Shown one piece after another: positions 1 to 15,000 of a stretch of 64,000 bases of DNA. Positions within the stretch are counted from its first letter, which is position 1, and each line of letters starts with the position of its first letter. The notes beneath the pieces were generated by a model. It was not told the origin of the DNA and did no database searches. It was given only the letters and a program-made list of their open reading frames with translations. The stretch is from the human T2T-CHM13v2.0 reference genome, Homo sapiens: assembly GCF_009914755.1 (NCBI RefSeq), contig NC_060937.1, one strand, 5' to 3'. The translations under genes were made by a program, and so were the position numbers.

Positions 1-3000
1 GTTCTAGTCGGTGAGATGAATGCACACATCACAAAGAAGTTTTTATGAATGCTTCTGTCTGGTTTATATTGAAGATATTTCCTTTTTCACCGTAGGCCTC
101 AGAGTGCTTAAAATATCCATTTGCAGATACTAGAAAAGACTGTTTCCAAACTGCTCAATCAAAATAAAGTTCAACTCAGTGAGATGAATGCACACATCAC
201 CAAGACGTTTCTGAGAAAGATTCTGTCTCGTTTTTATGTGAAGATATTTCCTGTTTCCCCAGAGGCATCAATGGGCTCACAAATATTCCTTTGCATATTC
301 TACAAAATGACTGTTTAGAAGGTGCTCAATCAAAAAAAAAGTTCAACAGTGTGAGATGAATGCGCCCACTCAAAGGAAGTTTCTCAGAATTCTTCTATCT
401 AGTTTTCATGTGAAGATATTTCCTTTTTCACTATAGGCCACAAAGTGCTCCAAATATCCACTTGCAGACTCTACGAAACGAGTGTATCCACACTGCTCAA
501 TCAAAAGAAAATTTCAACTGTGTGAGATGAATGCACACATCAAAATAAATTTCTCCAAAACTTCTGCCTACTTTTTATGGGAAGATATTTCGTTTTTCAA
601 CGTAGGCCAAAAGCACTCCAAATATCAATTTGCAGATTCTACAAAAAGACTGTTTCCAAACTGCTCAATCAACAGAAAGTTTCAACCCGGTGAGTAGAAG
701 ACACACATGACAAAATAGTTTCTCAGAAAGTATCTGTCTAGTTTTTACGTGAAGATATTTCCTATCACCCCAGAAGCCTCAATGGGCTCACAAATATTCC
801 TTTGCAGATTCTACAAAACGACAGTTTCAAAACTGCTGAATCAAAAGAAAGGTTCAACTCTGGGAGATGAATGCACAGATCACAAATAAGTTTCTCAGAA
901 TGCTGCTGCCTAGTTTTAATGGGAAGAGATTTCCTTTTCCACCATAGACCTCAAAGCTCTCCAAATAGCCATTTGCAGATACTGTAAAAAGACTGTTTCC
1001 AAACTGCTGAATCAAAAGAAAGGTTGAACTCCATGAGTTGAATGCACACGTCATAAAGAAGTTTCTCAGAATGCTTCTGACTAGTTTTTATGTGAAGATA
1101 TTTTCTTTTCCACCATAGGCCTCAAAGCGCTGAAAATATCCACTTGAAGATTCTACAGAAAGAGAGTTTCAAAACTGCTCAAACAAAAGAAAGATTCAAC
1201 TCTGTGAGATGAATGCACACATCACAAAGAAGTTTCTCAGAATGCTTCTGTCTAGTTTTATGTAAAGATATTTCCTTTTCTACTATAGGCCACAAAGCAC
1301 TCCAAATATCAACTTGCAGATTCTGCAGAAAGAGTTATTCAAAGCTGCTCAATCAAAAGAAAAGTTCAACTCCTTGAGACGAATGCACACATCATGAAGT
1401 TCCTCAGAATGCTTCTATTTTTATGTGAAGATATATCCTTTTCTACCATAGACCACAAAACGCTCCAAATATCCCCTTGCAGTTTCTACTAAAAGAGTGT
1501 TTCCAAAAGGCTCAATCAAAAGAAAGTTTCAAATCTGTGAGATGAATGCACACATCACAAAGAAGTTTCTCAGAATGCTTCTGTCTAGTTTTATGTAAAG
1601 ATATTTCCTTTTCTACTATAGGCCACAAAGCACTCCAAATATCAACTTGCAGATTCTGCAGAAAGAGTTTTTCAAAGCTGCTCAGTCAAAAGACAAGTTC
1701 AACTCTTTGAGATGAATGCACACATCATGAAGTTCCTCAGAATGCTTCTATTTTTATGTGAAGATATATCCTTTTCTACCATAGACCACAAAACGCTCCA
1801 AATATCCCCTTGCAGTTTCTACTAAAAGAGTGTTTCCAAACGGCTCAATCAAAAGAAAGTTTCAACTCTGTGAGATGAATGCACACATCATTAAGAAGTG
1901 TCTCAGTAATTTTCTGTCTAGTTTTTATGTGAAGATATTTCCTTTCCTACTATAGGCCTGAAAGTGCTGCAAATATCCGTTTGCAGATACTGCAAAAAGA
2001 CTGTTTCCACACTGCTCAATCAAAGGAAATGTCCAACTCTGTGAGTTGAATGCACGCATCTCAAAGAGATTACTTATAATGATTCTGTCTGGTTTTGATG
2101 TGAAGATATTTGCTTTTCCACCAGTGGCCTCAAACTCTCCAAATATCCACTTGCAGATTCTACAATAAGAGTGTTTCAAAACTGCTCAATCAAAAGAAAG
2201 GTTCAACACTGTGAGATGAATGCACACGTCACAAAGCACTTTCTTAGAATGCTTCTGTCTAGCTTTTATGTGAAGATATTTCCTTTTTCACCATAGGCTG
2301 CAAAGCGCTCCAAATATCCCTTTCAGATTCTACAGAAAGAGTATTTCAAAACTGTTCAATCAAAAGAGAAACTCAACTCTGGTGATGAATGCACGCATCA
2401 CAAAGCAGTTTCTCATAATGTTTCTGTCTAGTTTTTATGTGAAGATATTTCATTCTCCACTATAGGCCGTAATGCACTCCTAATATCCACTTGCAGATTC
2501 TACAAAAAGACTGTTTGCAAACTGCTCAAACAAAAGAAAAGTTCAACTCTGTGAGTTGAATGAGCACATCACAAAGAAGTTTCTCAGAATGCTTCTGTCT
2601 AGTTTTTATGTGAATATATTTCCTTTTCCACTATAGGCCGTCATGCGCTCCAAATATCCACTTGCAGATTCTACAAAAAGACTGTTTCCAAACTGCTCAA
2701 TCAAAAGAAAAGCTCAACTCTGTGAGTTGAATGAGCACATCACAAAGAAGTTTCTCAGAATGCTTCTATCTAGTTTTTATGTGAATATATTTCCTTTTCC
2801 ACCACAGGCCACAAACCCTCCAAATATCCACTTGAAGATTCTACAAAAAGAGTGCTTCAAAAATACTCAATCAAAAGAAAGGTTCAACTCTTCGAGATGG
2901 ACGCACACATCACAAAGAAGCTTCTCAGAATGTTTCTGTCTAGTTTTTTTGTGAAGATATTTCCTTTTCCACTGAAGTCCTCAAGTCTCTCCAACTATCT

Positions 3001-4248
3001 ACTTTCAGAATCTCCAAAAAGAGTGTTTTAAATCTGCTGTACCAAAGAAAGTTTCATGTCTGAGATATGACTGCATACAACACAGAGAACTTTCTCAAAG
3101 TGCTTCTGTTTATTTTTCTTATGAAGATATTTCCTTTTCCACTATGGGCCACAGAGCGCTCCAAATATCCACTGGCAGATTCTACAAAAAGAGTGTTTCA
3201 AAACTGCTCAATCAATAGAAAGTTTGAAGTCTGTGAGATGAATGTGCACATCACAAAGGAGTTTCTAAGAATGCTTCCATCTGAATTTTATGTGAGGATA
3301 TTTCCTTTTTCACCATAGGCCTCAATACACTCCAAATATCCATTTACAGATAATACAAATGACTGTATCCAAACTGCTCAATCAAAAGAAAGTTCAACTG
3401 TGCATGATGAATGCACACATCACAAGGGTGTTTCTCAGAAAGATTTTGTCTTGTTTTTACGTGAAGATATTTCTTATTTCCCCAGAGGCCTCAATGGGCT
3501 CTCAAATATTCCCTTTCATATTCTACTAAATGACTGTATCGAAGCTGCTCAATCAAAAGACGGGTTTAACAGTGTGAGACGAAAATACACCTTCCTAGGA
3601 AGTTTCTCAGAATTCTTCTTTCTAGTTTTTTATGTGAAGATATTTCCTTTTCCACTATAGGCCTCAAAGCGTTCCAAATATCCACTTGCAGATACTACAA
3701 ATAGAGCGTTTCAAAACTGCTCAATCAAAAGAAAGGTTCAACTCTGTGAGATGAATGCAGACATCAAAAAGAAGTTTCTCAGAATGCTTCCGCCTTGTTT
3801 TTATGTGAAGATATTTCCTTTTTCACCATAGGCCTCAAAGCACTGGTAATATCCATTTGTAGATACTACAAAAAGACTGTTCCCAAACTGCTCAATAAAA
3901 AGAAAGTTTCAACTCTATGAGATAAAAGCTAATATCACAAAGAAGTTTCTCAGAAACTTTCTATCTAGTTTTTATGTGAACATATTTCTTATCACCCCAT
4001 AGACCTCAATCGGCTCACAAGTATCCTTCTGCAGATTGTAAAAAACTACTGTTTCCAAACCGCTCAATCACAGGAAAGTTTTAACTCTGTGAAATGAATG
4101 CATCCATCACAGAGAAGTTTCTCAGAATGCTTCCGTCTCGTTTTCATGTGAAGAAGATTCCTTTTCCACCATATTCCTCATGCGCTCCAAATAAACACTT
4201 GCAGATTCCGCTAAAAGAGTGTTTCAAAACTGCTCAATCAAAAGAAAG
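1..4248 (-). repeat. HOR copy 1, 25-mer variant (2-monomer duplication)
   Basis: Unit length 4248 vs 3914; 1201-1533 is repeated at 1534-1866. Confidence 0.93.
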
Positions 4249-7200
4249 GTTCTAGTCGGTGAGATGAATGCACACATCACAAAGAAGTTTCTATGAATGC
4301 TTCTGTCTGGTTTATATTGAAGATATTTCCTTTTTCACCGTAGGCCTCAGAGTGCTTAAAATATCCATTTGCAGATACTAGAAAAGACTGTTTCCAAACT
4401 GCTCAATCAAAATAAAGTTCAACTCAGTGAGATGAATGCACACATCACCAAGACGTTTCTGAGAAAGATTCTGTCTCGTTTTTATGTGAAGATATTTCCT
4501 GTTTCTCCAGAGGCATCAATGGGCTCACAAACATTCCTTTGCTATTCTACAAAATGACTGTTTAGAAGGTGCTCAATCAAAAAAAAAGTTCAACAGTGTG
4601 AGATGAATGCGCCCATTCAAAGGAAGTTTCTCAGAATTCTTCTATCTAGTTTTTATGTGAAGATATTTCCTTTTTCACTATAGGCCACAAAGTGCTCCAA
4701 ATATCCACTTGCAGACTCTACAAAACGAGTGTATCCACACTGCTCAATCAAAAGAAAATTTCAACTGTGTGAGATGAATGCACACATCAAAATAAATTTC
4801 TCCAAAACTTCTGCCTACTTTTTATGGGAAGATATTTCGTTTTTCAACGTAGGCCAAAAGCACTCCAAATATCAATTTGCAGATTCTACAAAAAGACTGT
4901 TTCCAAACTGCTCAATCAACAGAAAGTTTCAACCCGGTGAGTAGAAGTCACACATGACAAAATAGTTTCTCAGAAAGTATCTGTCTAGTTTTTATGTGAA
5001 GATATTTCCTATCACCCCAGAAGCCTCAATGGGCTCACAAATATTCCTTTGCAGATTCTACAAAACGACAGTTTCAAAACTGCTGAATCAAAAGAAAGGT
5101 TCAACTCTGTGAGATGAATGCACAGATCACAAATAAGTTTCTCAGAATGCTGCTGTCTAGTTTTTATGGGAAGAGATTTCCTTTTCCACCATAGGCCTCA
5201 AAGCTCTCCAAATAGCCATTTGCAGATACTGTAAAAAGACTGTTTCCAAACTGCTGAATCAAAAGAAAGGTTGAACTCCATGAGTTGAATGCACACGTCA
5301 CAAAGAAGTTTCTCAGAATGCTTCTGACTAGTTTTTATGTGAAGATATTTTCTTTTCCACCATAGGCCTCAAAGCGCTGAAAATATCCACTTGAAGATTC
5401 TACAGAAAGAGAGTTTCAAAACTGCTCAAACAAAAGAAAGATTCAACTCTGTGAGATGAATGCACACATCACAAAGAAGTTTCTCAGAATGCTTCTGTCT
5501 AGTTTTATGTAAAGATATTTCCTTTTCTACTATAGGCCACAAAGCATTCCAAATATCAACTTGCAGATTCTGCAGAAAGAGTTTTTCAAAGCTGCTCAAT
5601 CAAAAGAAAAGTTCAACTCTTTGAGATGAATGCACACATCATGAAGTTCCTCAGAATGCTTCTATTTTTATGTGAAGATATATCCTTTTCTACCATAGAC
5701 CACAAAACTCTCCAAATATCCCCTTGCAGTTTCTACTAAAAGAGTGTTTCCAAACTGCTCAATCAAAAGAAAGTTTCAACTCTGTGAGATGAATGCACAC
5801 ATCATTAAGAAGTTTCTCAGTAATTTTCTGTCTAGTTTTTATGTGAAGATATTTCCTTTCCTACTATAGGCCTGAAAGTGCTGCAAATATCCGTTTGCAG
5901 ATACTGCAAAAAGACTGTTTCCACACTGCTCAATCAAAGGAAATGTCCAACTCTGTGAGTTGAATGCACGCATCTCAAAGAGATTACTTATAATGATTCT
6001 GTCTAGTTTTGATGTGAAGATATTTGCTTTTCCACCAGTGGCCTCAAACTCTCCAAATATCCACTTGCAGATTCTACAATAAGAGTGTTTCAAAACTGCT
6101 CAATCAAAAGAAAGGTTCAACACTGTGAGATGAATGCACACGTCACAAAGCACTTTCTTAGAATGCTTCTGTCTAGCTTTTATGTGAAGATATTTCCTTT
6201 TTCACCATAGGCTGCAAAGCGCTCCAAATATCCCTTTCAGATTCTACAGAAAGAGTGTTTCAAAACTGTTCAATCAAAAGAGAAACTCAACACTGGTGAT
6301 GAATGCACGCATCACAAAGCAGTTTCTCATAATGTTTCTGTCTAGTTTTTATGTGAAGATATTTCATTCTCCACTATAGGCCGTAATGCACTCCTAATAT
6401 CCACTTGCAGATTCTAGAAAAAGACTGTTTGCAAACTGCTCAAACAAAAGAAAAGTTCAACTCTGTGAGTTGAATGAGCACATCACAAAGAAGTTTCTCA
6501 GAATGCTTCTGTCTAGTTTTTATGTGAATATATTTCCTTTTCCACTATAGGCCGTCATGCGCTCCAAATATCCACTTGCAGATTCTACAAAAAGACTGTT
6601 TCCAAACTGCTCAATCAAAAGAAAAGCTCAACTCTGTGAGGTGAATGAGCACATCCCAAAGAAGTTCCTCAGAGTGCTTCTATCTAGTTTTTATGTGAAT
6701 ATATTTGCTTTTCCACCACAGGCCACAAACCCTCCAAATATCCACTTGAAGATTCTACAAAAAGAGTGCCTCAAAAATGCGCAATCAAAAGAAAGGTTCA
6801 ACTCTTCGAGATGGACGCACACATCACAAAGAAGCTTCTCAGAATGTTTCTGTCTAGTTTTTTTGTAAAGATATTTCCTTTTCCACCGTAGTCCTCAAGT
6901 CTCTCCAAATATCTACTTTCAGAATCTCCAAAAAGAGTGTTTTAAAACTGCTGTACCAAAGAAAGTTTCATGTCGGAGATATGACTGCATACAACACAGA
7001 GAACTTTCTCAAAGTGCTTCTGTTTATTTTTCTTATGAAGATATTTCCTTTTCCACTATGGGCCACAGAGTGCTCCAAATATCCACTGGCAGATTCTACA
7101 AAAAGGGTGTTTCAAAACTGCTCAATCAATAGAAAGTTTGAAGTCTGTGAGATGAATGTACACATCACAAAGGAGTTTCTAAGAATGCTTCCATCTGAAT

Positions 7201-8162
7201 TTTATGTGAGGATATTTCCTTTTTCACCATAGGCCTCAGTACACTCCAAATATCCATTTACAGATAATACAAATGACTGTATCCAAACTGCTCAATCAAA
7301 AGAAAGTTCAACTGTGTATGATGAATGCACACATCACAAGGGTGTTTCTCAGAAAGATTTTGTGTAGTTTTTAGGTGAAGATATTTCTTATTTCCCCAGA
7401 GGCCTCAATGGGCTCTCAAATATTCCCTTTCATATTCTACTAAATGACTGTATCGAAGCTGCTCAATCAAAAGACGGGTTTAACAGTGTGAGACGAAAAT
7501 ACACCTTCCTAGGAAGTTTCTCAGAATTATTCTTTCTAGTTTTTTATGTGAAGATATTTCCTTTTCCACTATAGGCCTCAAAGCGTTCCAAATATCCACT
7601 TGCAGAAACTACAAATAGAGCTTCTCAAAACTGCTCAATCAAAAGAAAGGTTCAACTCTGTGAGATGAATGCAGACATCAAAAAGAAGTTTCTCAGAATG
7701 CTTCCGCGTTGTTTTTATGTGAAGATATTTCCTTTTCCACCATAGGCCTCAAAGCACTGGTAATATCCATTTGCAGATACTACAAAAAGACTGTCCCCAA
7801 ACTGCTCAATAAAAAGAAAGTTTCAACTCTAGGAGATAAAAGCAAATATCACAAAGAAGTTTCTCAGAAACTTTCTATCTAGTTTTTATGTGAACGTATT
7901 TATTATCACCCCATAGACCTCAATCGGCTCACAAGTATCCTTCTGCAGATTGTAAAAAACTACTGTTTCCAAACTGCTCAATCACAGGAAAGGATTAACT
8001 CTGTGAAATGAATGCATCCATCACAGAGAAGTTTCTCAGAATGCTTCCGTCTCGTTTCCATGTGAAGAAGATTCCTTTTCCACCATATTCCTCATGCGCT
8101 CCAAATAAACACTTGCAGATTCCGCTAAAAGAGTGTTTCAAAACTGCTCAATCAAAAGAAAG
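4249..8162 (-). repeat. HOR copy 2, canonical 23-mer
   Basis: GTTCTAGTCGGTGAG landmark at 4249 and 8163; 3914 bp. Confidence 0.93.
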
Positions 8163-11100
8163 GTTCTAGTCGGTGAGATGAATGCCCACATCACAAAGAG
8201 GTTTCTATGAATGCTTCTGTCTGATTTATATTGAAGATATTTCCTTTTTCACCGTAGGCCTCAGAGTGCTTAAAATATCCATTTGCAGATAGTAGAAAAG
8301 ACGGTTTCCAAACTGCTCAATCAAAGTAAAGTTCAACTCAGTGAGATGAATGCACACATCACCAAGACGTTTCTGAGAAAGATTCTGTCTCGTTTTTATG
8401 TGAAGATATTTCCTGTTTCCCCAGAGGCATCAATGGGCTCACAAATATTCCTTTGCATATTCTACAAAATGACTGTTTAGAAGGTGCTCAATCAAAAAAA
8501 AAGTTCAACAGTGTGAGATGAATGCGCCCATTCAAAGGAAGTTTCTCAGAATTCTTCTATCTAGTTTTTATGTGAAGATATTTCCTTTTTCACTATAGGC
8601 CACAAAGTGCTCCAAATATCCACTTGCAGACTCTACAAAACGAGTGTATCCACACTGCTCAATCAAAAGAAAATTTCAACTGTGTGAGATGAATGCACAC
8701 ATCAAAATAAATTTCTCCAAAACTTCTGCCTACTTTTTATGGGAAGATATTTCGTTTTTCAACGTAGGCCAAAAGCACTCCAAATATCAATTTGCAGATT
8801 CTACAAAAAGACTGTTTCCAAACTGCTCAATCAACAGAAAGTTTCAACCCGGTGAGTAGAAGTCACACATGACAAAATAGTTTCTCAGAAAGTATCTGTC
8901 TAGTTTTTACGTGAAGATATTTCCTATCACCCCAGAAGCCTCAATGGGCTCACAAATATTCCTTTGCAGATTCTACAAAACGACAGTTTCAAAACTGCTG
9001 AATCAAAAGAAAGGTTCAACTCTGTGAGATGAATGCACAGATCACAAATAAGTTTCTCAGAATGCTGCTGTCTAGTTTTTATGGGAAGAGATTTCCTTTT
9101 CCACCATAGGCCTCAAAGCTCTCCAAATAGCCATTTGCAGATACTGTAAAAAGACTGTTTCCAAACTGCTGAATCAAAAGAAAGGTTGAACTCCATGAGT
9201 TGAATGCACACGTCACAAAGAAGTTTCTCAGAATGCTTCTGTCTAGTTTTTATGGGAAGATATTTTCTTTTCCACCATAGGCCTCAAAGCGCTGAAAATA
9301 TCCACTTGAAGATTCTACAGAAAGAGAGTTTCAAAACTGCTCAAACAAAAGAAAGATTCAACTCTGTGAGATGAATGCACACATCACAAAGAAGTTTCTC
9401 AGAATGCTTCTGTCTAGTTTTATGTAAAGATATTTCCTTTTCTACTATAGGCCACAAAGCACTCCAAATATCAACTTGCAGATTCTGCAGAAAGAGTTTT
9501 TCAAAGCTGCTCAATCAAAAGAAAAGTTCAACTCTTTGAGATGAATGCACACATCATGAAGTTCCTCAGAATGCTTCTATTTTTATGTGAAGATATATCC
9601 TTTTCTACCATAGACCACAAAACTCTCCAAATATCCCCTTGCAGTTTCTACTAAAAGAGTGTTTCCAAACGGCTCAATCAAAAGAAAGTTTCAACTCTGT
9701 GAGATAAATGCACACATCATTAAGAAGTTTCTCAGTAATTTTCTGTCTAGTTTTTATGTGAAGATATTTCCTTTCCTACTATAGGCCTGAAAGTGCTGCA
9801 AATATCCGTTTGCAGATACTGCAAAAAGACTGTTTCCACACTGCTCAATCAAAGGAAATGTCCAACTCTGTGAGTTGAATGCACGCATCACAGAGAGATT
9901 ATTTCTAATGATTCTGTCTAGTTTTGATGTGAAGATATTTGCTTTTCCACCAGTGGCCTCAAACTCTCCAAATATCCACTTGCAGATTCTACAATAAGAG
10001 TGTTTCAAAACTGCTCAATCAAAGAAAGGTTCAACACTGTGAGATGAATGCACACGTCACAAAGCACTTTCTTAGAATGCTTCTGTCTAGCTTTTATGTG
10101 AAGATATTTCCTTTTTCACCATAGGCTGCAAAGCGCTCCAAATATCCCTTTCAGATTCTACAGAAAGAGTGTTTCAAAACTGTTCAATCAAAAGAGAAAC
10201 TCAACTCTGGTGATGAATGCACGCATCACAAAGCAGTTTCTCATAATGTTTCTGTCTAGTTTTTATGTGAAGATATTTCATTCTCCACTATAGGCCGTAA
10301 TGCACTCCTAATATCCACTTGCAGATTCTACAAAAAGACTGTTTGCAAACTGCTCAAACAAAAGAAAAGTTCAACTCTGTGAGTTGAATGAGCACATCAC
10401 AAAGAAGTTTCTCAGAATGCTTCTGTCTAGTTTTTATGTCAATATATTTCCTTTTCCACTATAGGCCGTCATGCGCTCCAAATATCCACTTGCAGATTCT
10501 ACAAAAAGACTGTTTCCAAGCTGCTCAATCAAAAGAAAAGCTCAACTCTGTGAGTTGAATGAGCACATCCCAAAGAAGTTCCTCAGAGTGCTTCTATCTA
10601 GTTTTTATGTGAATATATTTGCTTTTCCACCACAGGCCACAAACCCTCCAAATATCCACTTGAAGATTCTACAAAAAGAGTGCCTCAAAAATGCGCAATC
10701 AAAACAAAGGTTCAACTCTTCGAGATGGACGCACACAACACAAAGAAGCTTCTCAGAATGTTTCTGTCTGGTTTTTTTGTGAAGATATTTCCTTTTCCAC
10801 CGTAGTCCTCAAGTCTCTCCAAATATCTACTTTCAGAATCTCCAAAAAGAGTGTTTTAAAACTGCTGTACCAAAGAAAGTTTCATGTCGGAGATATGACT
10901 GCATACAACACAGAGAACTTTCTCAAAGTGCTTCTGTTTATTTTTCTTATGAAGATATTTCCTTTTCCACTATGGGCCACAGAGTGCTCCAAATATCCAC
11001 TGGCAGATTCTACAAAAAGGGTGTTTCAAAACTGCTCAATCAATAGAAAGTTTGAAGTCTGTGAGATGAATGTACACATCACAAAGGAGTTTCTAAGAAT

Positions 11101-12076
11101 GCTTCCATCTGAATTTTATGTGAGGATATTTCCTTTTTCACCATAGGCCTCAGTACACTCCAAATATCCATTTACAGATAATACAAATGACTGTATCCAA
11201 ACTGCTCAATCAAAAGAAAGTTCAACTCTGTATGATGAATGCACACATCACAAGGGTGTTTCTCAGAAAGATTTTGTGTAGTTTTTAGGTGAAGATATTT
11301 CTTATTTCCCCAGAGGCCTCAATGGGCTCTCAAATATTCCCTTTCATATTCTACTAAATGACTGTATCGAAGCTGCTCAATCAAAAGACGGGTTTAACAG
11401 TGTGAGACGAAAATACACCTTCCTAGGAAGTTTCTCAGAATTCTTCTTTCTAGTTTTTTATGTGAAGATATTTCCTTTTCCACTATAGGCCTCAAAGCGT
11501 TCCAAATATCCAATTGCAGATACTACAAATAGAGCGTTTCAAAACTGCTCAATCAAAAGAAAGGTTCAACTCTGTGAGATGAATGCAGACATCAAAAAGA
11601 AGTTTCTCAGCATGCTTCCGCCTTGTTTTTATGTGAAGATATTTCCTTTTCCACCATAGGTCTCAAAGCACTGGTAATATCCATTTGCAGATACTACAAA
11701 AAGACTGTCCCCAAACTGCTCAATAAAAAGAAAGTTTCAACTCTAGGAGTTAAAAGCAAATATCACAAAGAAGTTTCTCAGAAACTTTCTATCTAGTTTT
11801 TATGTGAACGTATTTCTTATCACCCCATAGACCTCAATCGGCTCACAAGTATCCTTCTGCAGATTGTAAAAAACTACTGTTTCCAAACTGCTCAATCTCA
11901 GGAAAGGTTTAACTTTGTGAGATGAATGCATCCATCACAGAGAAGTTTCTCAGAATGCTTCCGTCTCGTTTCCATGTGAAGAAGATTCCTTTTCCACCAT
12001 ATTCCTCATGCGCTCCAAATAAACACTTGCAGATTCCGCTAAAAGAGTGTTTCAAAACTGCTCAATCAAAAGAAAG
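8163..12076 (-). repeat. HOR copy 3, canonical 23-mer
   Basis: Marker spacing 8283 to 12197 = 3914. Confidence 0.93.
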
Positions 12077-15000
12077 GTTCTAGTCGGTGAGATGAATGCA
12101 CACATCACAAAGAAGTTTCTATGAATGCTTCTGTCTGATTTATATTGAAGATATTTCCTTTTTCACCGTAGGCCTCAGGGTGCTTAAAATATCCATTTGC
12201 AGATACTAGAAAAGACTGTTTCCAAACTGCTCAATCAAAATAAAGTTCAACTCAGTGAGATGAATGCACACATCACCAAGACGTTTCTGAGAAAGATTCT
12301 GTCTCGTTTTTATGTGAAGATATTTCCTGTTTCCCCAGAGGCATCAATGGGCTCACAAATATTCCTTTGCATATTCTACAAAATGACTGTTTAGAAGGTG
12401 CTCAATCAAAAAAAAAGTTCAACAGTGTGAGATGAATGCGCCCATTCAAAGGAAGTTTCTCAGAATTCTTCTATCTAGTTTTTATGTGAAGATATTTCCT
12501 TTTTCACTATAGGCCACAAAGTGCTCCAAATATCCACTTGCAGACTCTACAAAACGAGTGTATCCACACTGCTCAATCAAAAGAAAATTTCAACTGTGTG
12601 AGATGAATGCACACATCAAAATAAATTTCTCCAAAACTTCTGCCTACTTTTTATGGGAAGATATTTCGTTTTTCAACGTAGGCCAAAAGCACTCCAAATA
12701 TCAATTTGCAGATTCTACAAAAAGACTGTTTCCAAACTGCTCAATCAACAGAAAGTTTCAACCCAGTGAGTAGAAGTCACACATGACAAAATAGTTTCTC
12801 AGAAAGTATCTGTCTAGTTTTTATGTGAAGATATTTCCTATCACCCCAGAAGCCTCAATGGGCTCACAAATATTCCTTTGCAGATTCTACAAAACGACAG
12901 TTTCAAAACTGCTGAATCAAAAGAAAGGTTCAACTCTGTGAGATGAATGCACAGATCACAAATAAGTTTCTCAGAATGCTGCTGTCTAGTTTTTATGGGA
13001 AGAGATTTCCTTTTCCACCATAGGCCTCAAAGCTCTCCAAATAGCCATTTGCAGATACTGTAAAAAGACTGTTTCCAAACTGCTGAATCAAAAGAAAGGT
13101 TGAACTCCATGAGTTGAATGCACACGTCACAAAGAAGTTTCTCAGAATGCTTCTGACTAGTTTTTATGTGAAGATATTTTCTTTTCCACCATAGGCCTCA
13201 AAGCGCTGAAAATATCCACTTGAAGATTCTACAGAAAGAGAGTTTCAAAACTGCTCAAACAAAAGAAAGATTCAACTCTGTGAGATGAATGCACACATCA
13301 CAAAGAAGTTTCTCAGAATGCTTCTGTCTAGTTTTATGTAAAGATATTTCCTTTTCTACTCTAGGCCACAAAGCACTCCAAATATCAACTTGCAGATTCT
13401 GCAGAAAGAGTTTTTCAAAGCTGCTCAATCAAAAGAAAAGTTCAACACTTTGAGATGAATGCACACATCATGAAGTTCCTCAGAATGCTTCTATTTTTAT
13501 GTGAAGATATATCCTTTTCTACCATAGACCACAAAACGCTCCAAATATCCCCTTGCAGTTTCTACTAAAAGAGTGTTTCCAAACGGCTCAATCAAAAGAA
13601 AGTTTCAACTCTGTGAGATGAATGCACACATCATTAAGAAGTTTCTCAGTAATTTTCTGTCTAGTTTTTATGTGAAGATATTTCCTTTCCTACTATAGGC
13701 CTGAAAGTGCTGCAAATATCCGTTTGCAGATACTGCAAAAAGACTGTTTCCACACTGCTCAATCAAAGGAAATGTCCAACTCTGTGAGTTGAATGCATGC
13801 ATCTCAAAGAGATTACTTATAATGATTCTGACTAGTTTTGATGTGAAGATATTTGCTTTTCCACCAGTGGCCTCAAACTCTCCAAATATCCACTTGCAGA
13901 TTCTACAATAAGAGTGTTTCAAAACTGCTCAATCAAAAGAAAGGTTCAACACTGTGAGATGAATGCACACGTCACAAAGCACTTTCTTAAAATGCTTCTG
14001 TCTAGCTTTTATGTGAAGATATTTCCTTTTTCACCATAGGCTGCAAAGCGCTCCAAATATCCCTTTCAGATTCTACAGAAAGAGAGTTTCAAAACTGTTC
14101 AATCAAAAGAGAAACTCAACTCTGGTGATGAATGCACGCATCACAAAGCAGTTTCTCATAATATTTCTGTCTAGTTTTTATGTGAAGATATTTCATTCTC
14201 CACTATAGGCCGTAATGCACTCCTAATATCCACTTGCAGATTCTACAAAAAGACTGTTTGCAAACTGCTCAAACAAAAGAAAAGTTCAACTCTGTGAGTT
14301 GAATGAGCACATCACAAAGAAGTTTCTCAGAATGCTTCTGTCTAGTTTTTATGTGAATATATTTCCTTTTCCACTATAGGCCGTCATGCGCTCCAAATAT
14401 CCACTTGCAGATTCTACAAAAAGACGGTTTCCAAACTGCTCAGTCAAAAGAAAAGCTCAACTCTGTGAGGTGAATGAGCACATCCCAAAGAAGTTCTTCA
14501 GAATGCTTCTATCTAGTTTTTATGTGAATATATTTGCTTTTCCACCACAGGCCACAAACCCTCCAAATATCCACTTGAAGATTCTACAAAAAGAGTGCTT
14601 CAAAAATGCGCAATCAAAAGAAAGGTTCAACTCTTCGAGATGGACGCACACATCACAAAGAAGCTTCCCAGAATGTTTCTGTCTAGTTTTATTGTGAAGA
14701 TATTTCCTTTTCCACCGTAGTCCTCAAGTCTCTCCAAATATCTACTTTCAGAATCTCCAAAAAGAGTGTTTTAAAACTGCTGTACCAAAGAAAGTTTCAT
14801 GTCTGAGATATGACTGCATACAACACAGAGAAGTTTCTCAAAGTGCTTCTGTTTATTTTTCTTATGAAGATATTTCCTTTTCCACTATGGGCCACAGAGT
14901 GCTCCAAATATCCACTGGCAGATTCTACAAAAAGGGTGTTTCAAAACTGCTCAATCAATAGAAAGTTTGAAGTCTGTGAGATGAATGTACACATCACAAA

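Noticed and set aside
587-606. CENP-B-box-like sequence TTTCGTTTTTCAACGTAG, once per HOR unit
   Set aside because: The reverse complement CTACGTTGAAAAACGAAA lacks TTCG and CGGG, and the CpG spacing is off by one.
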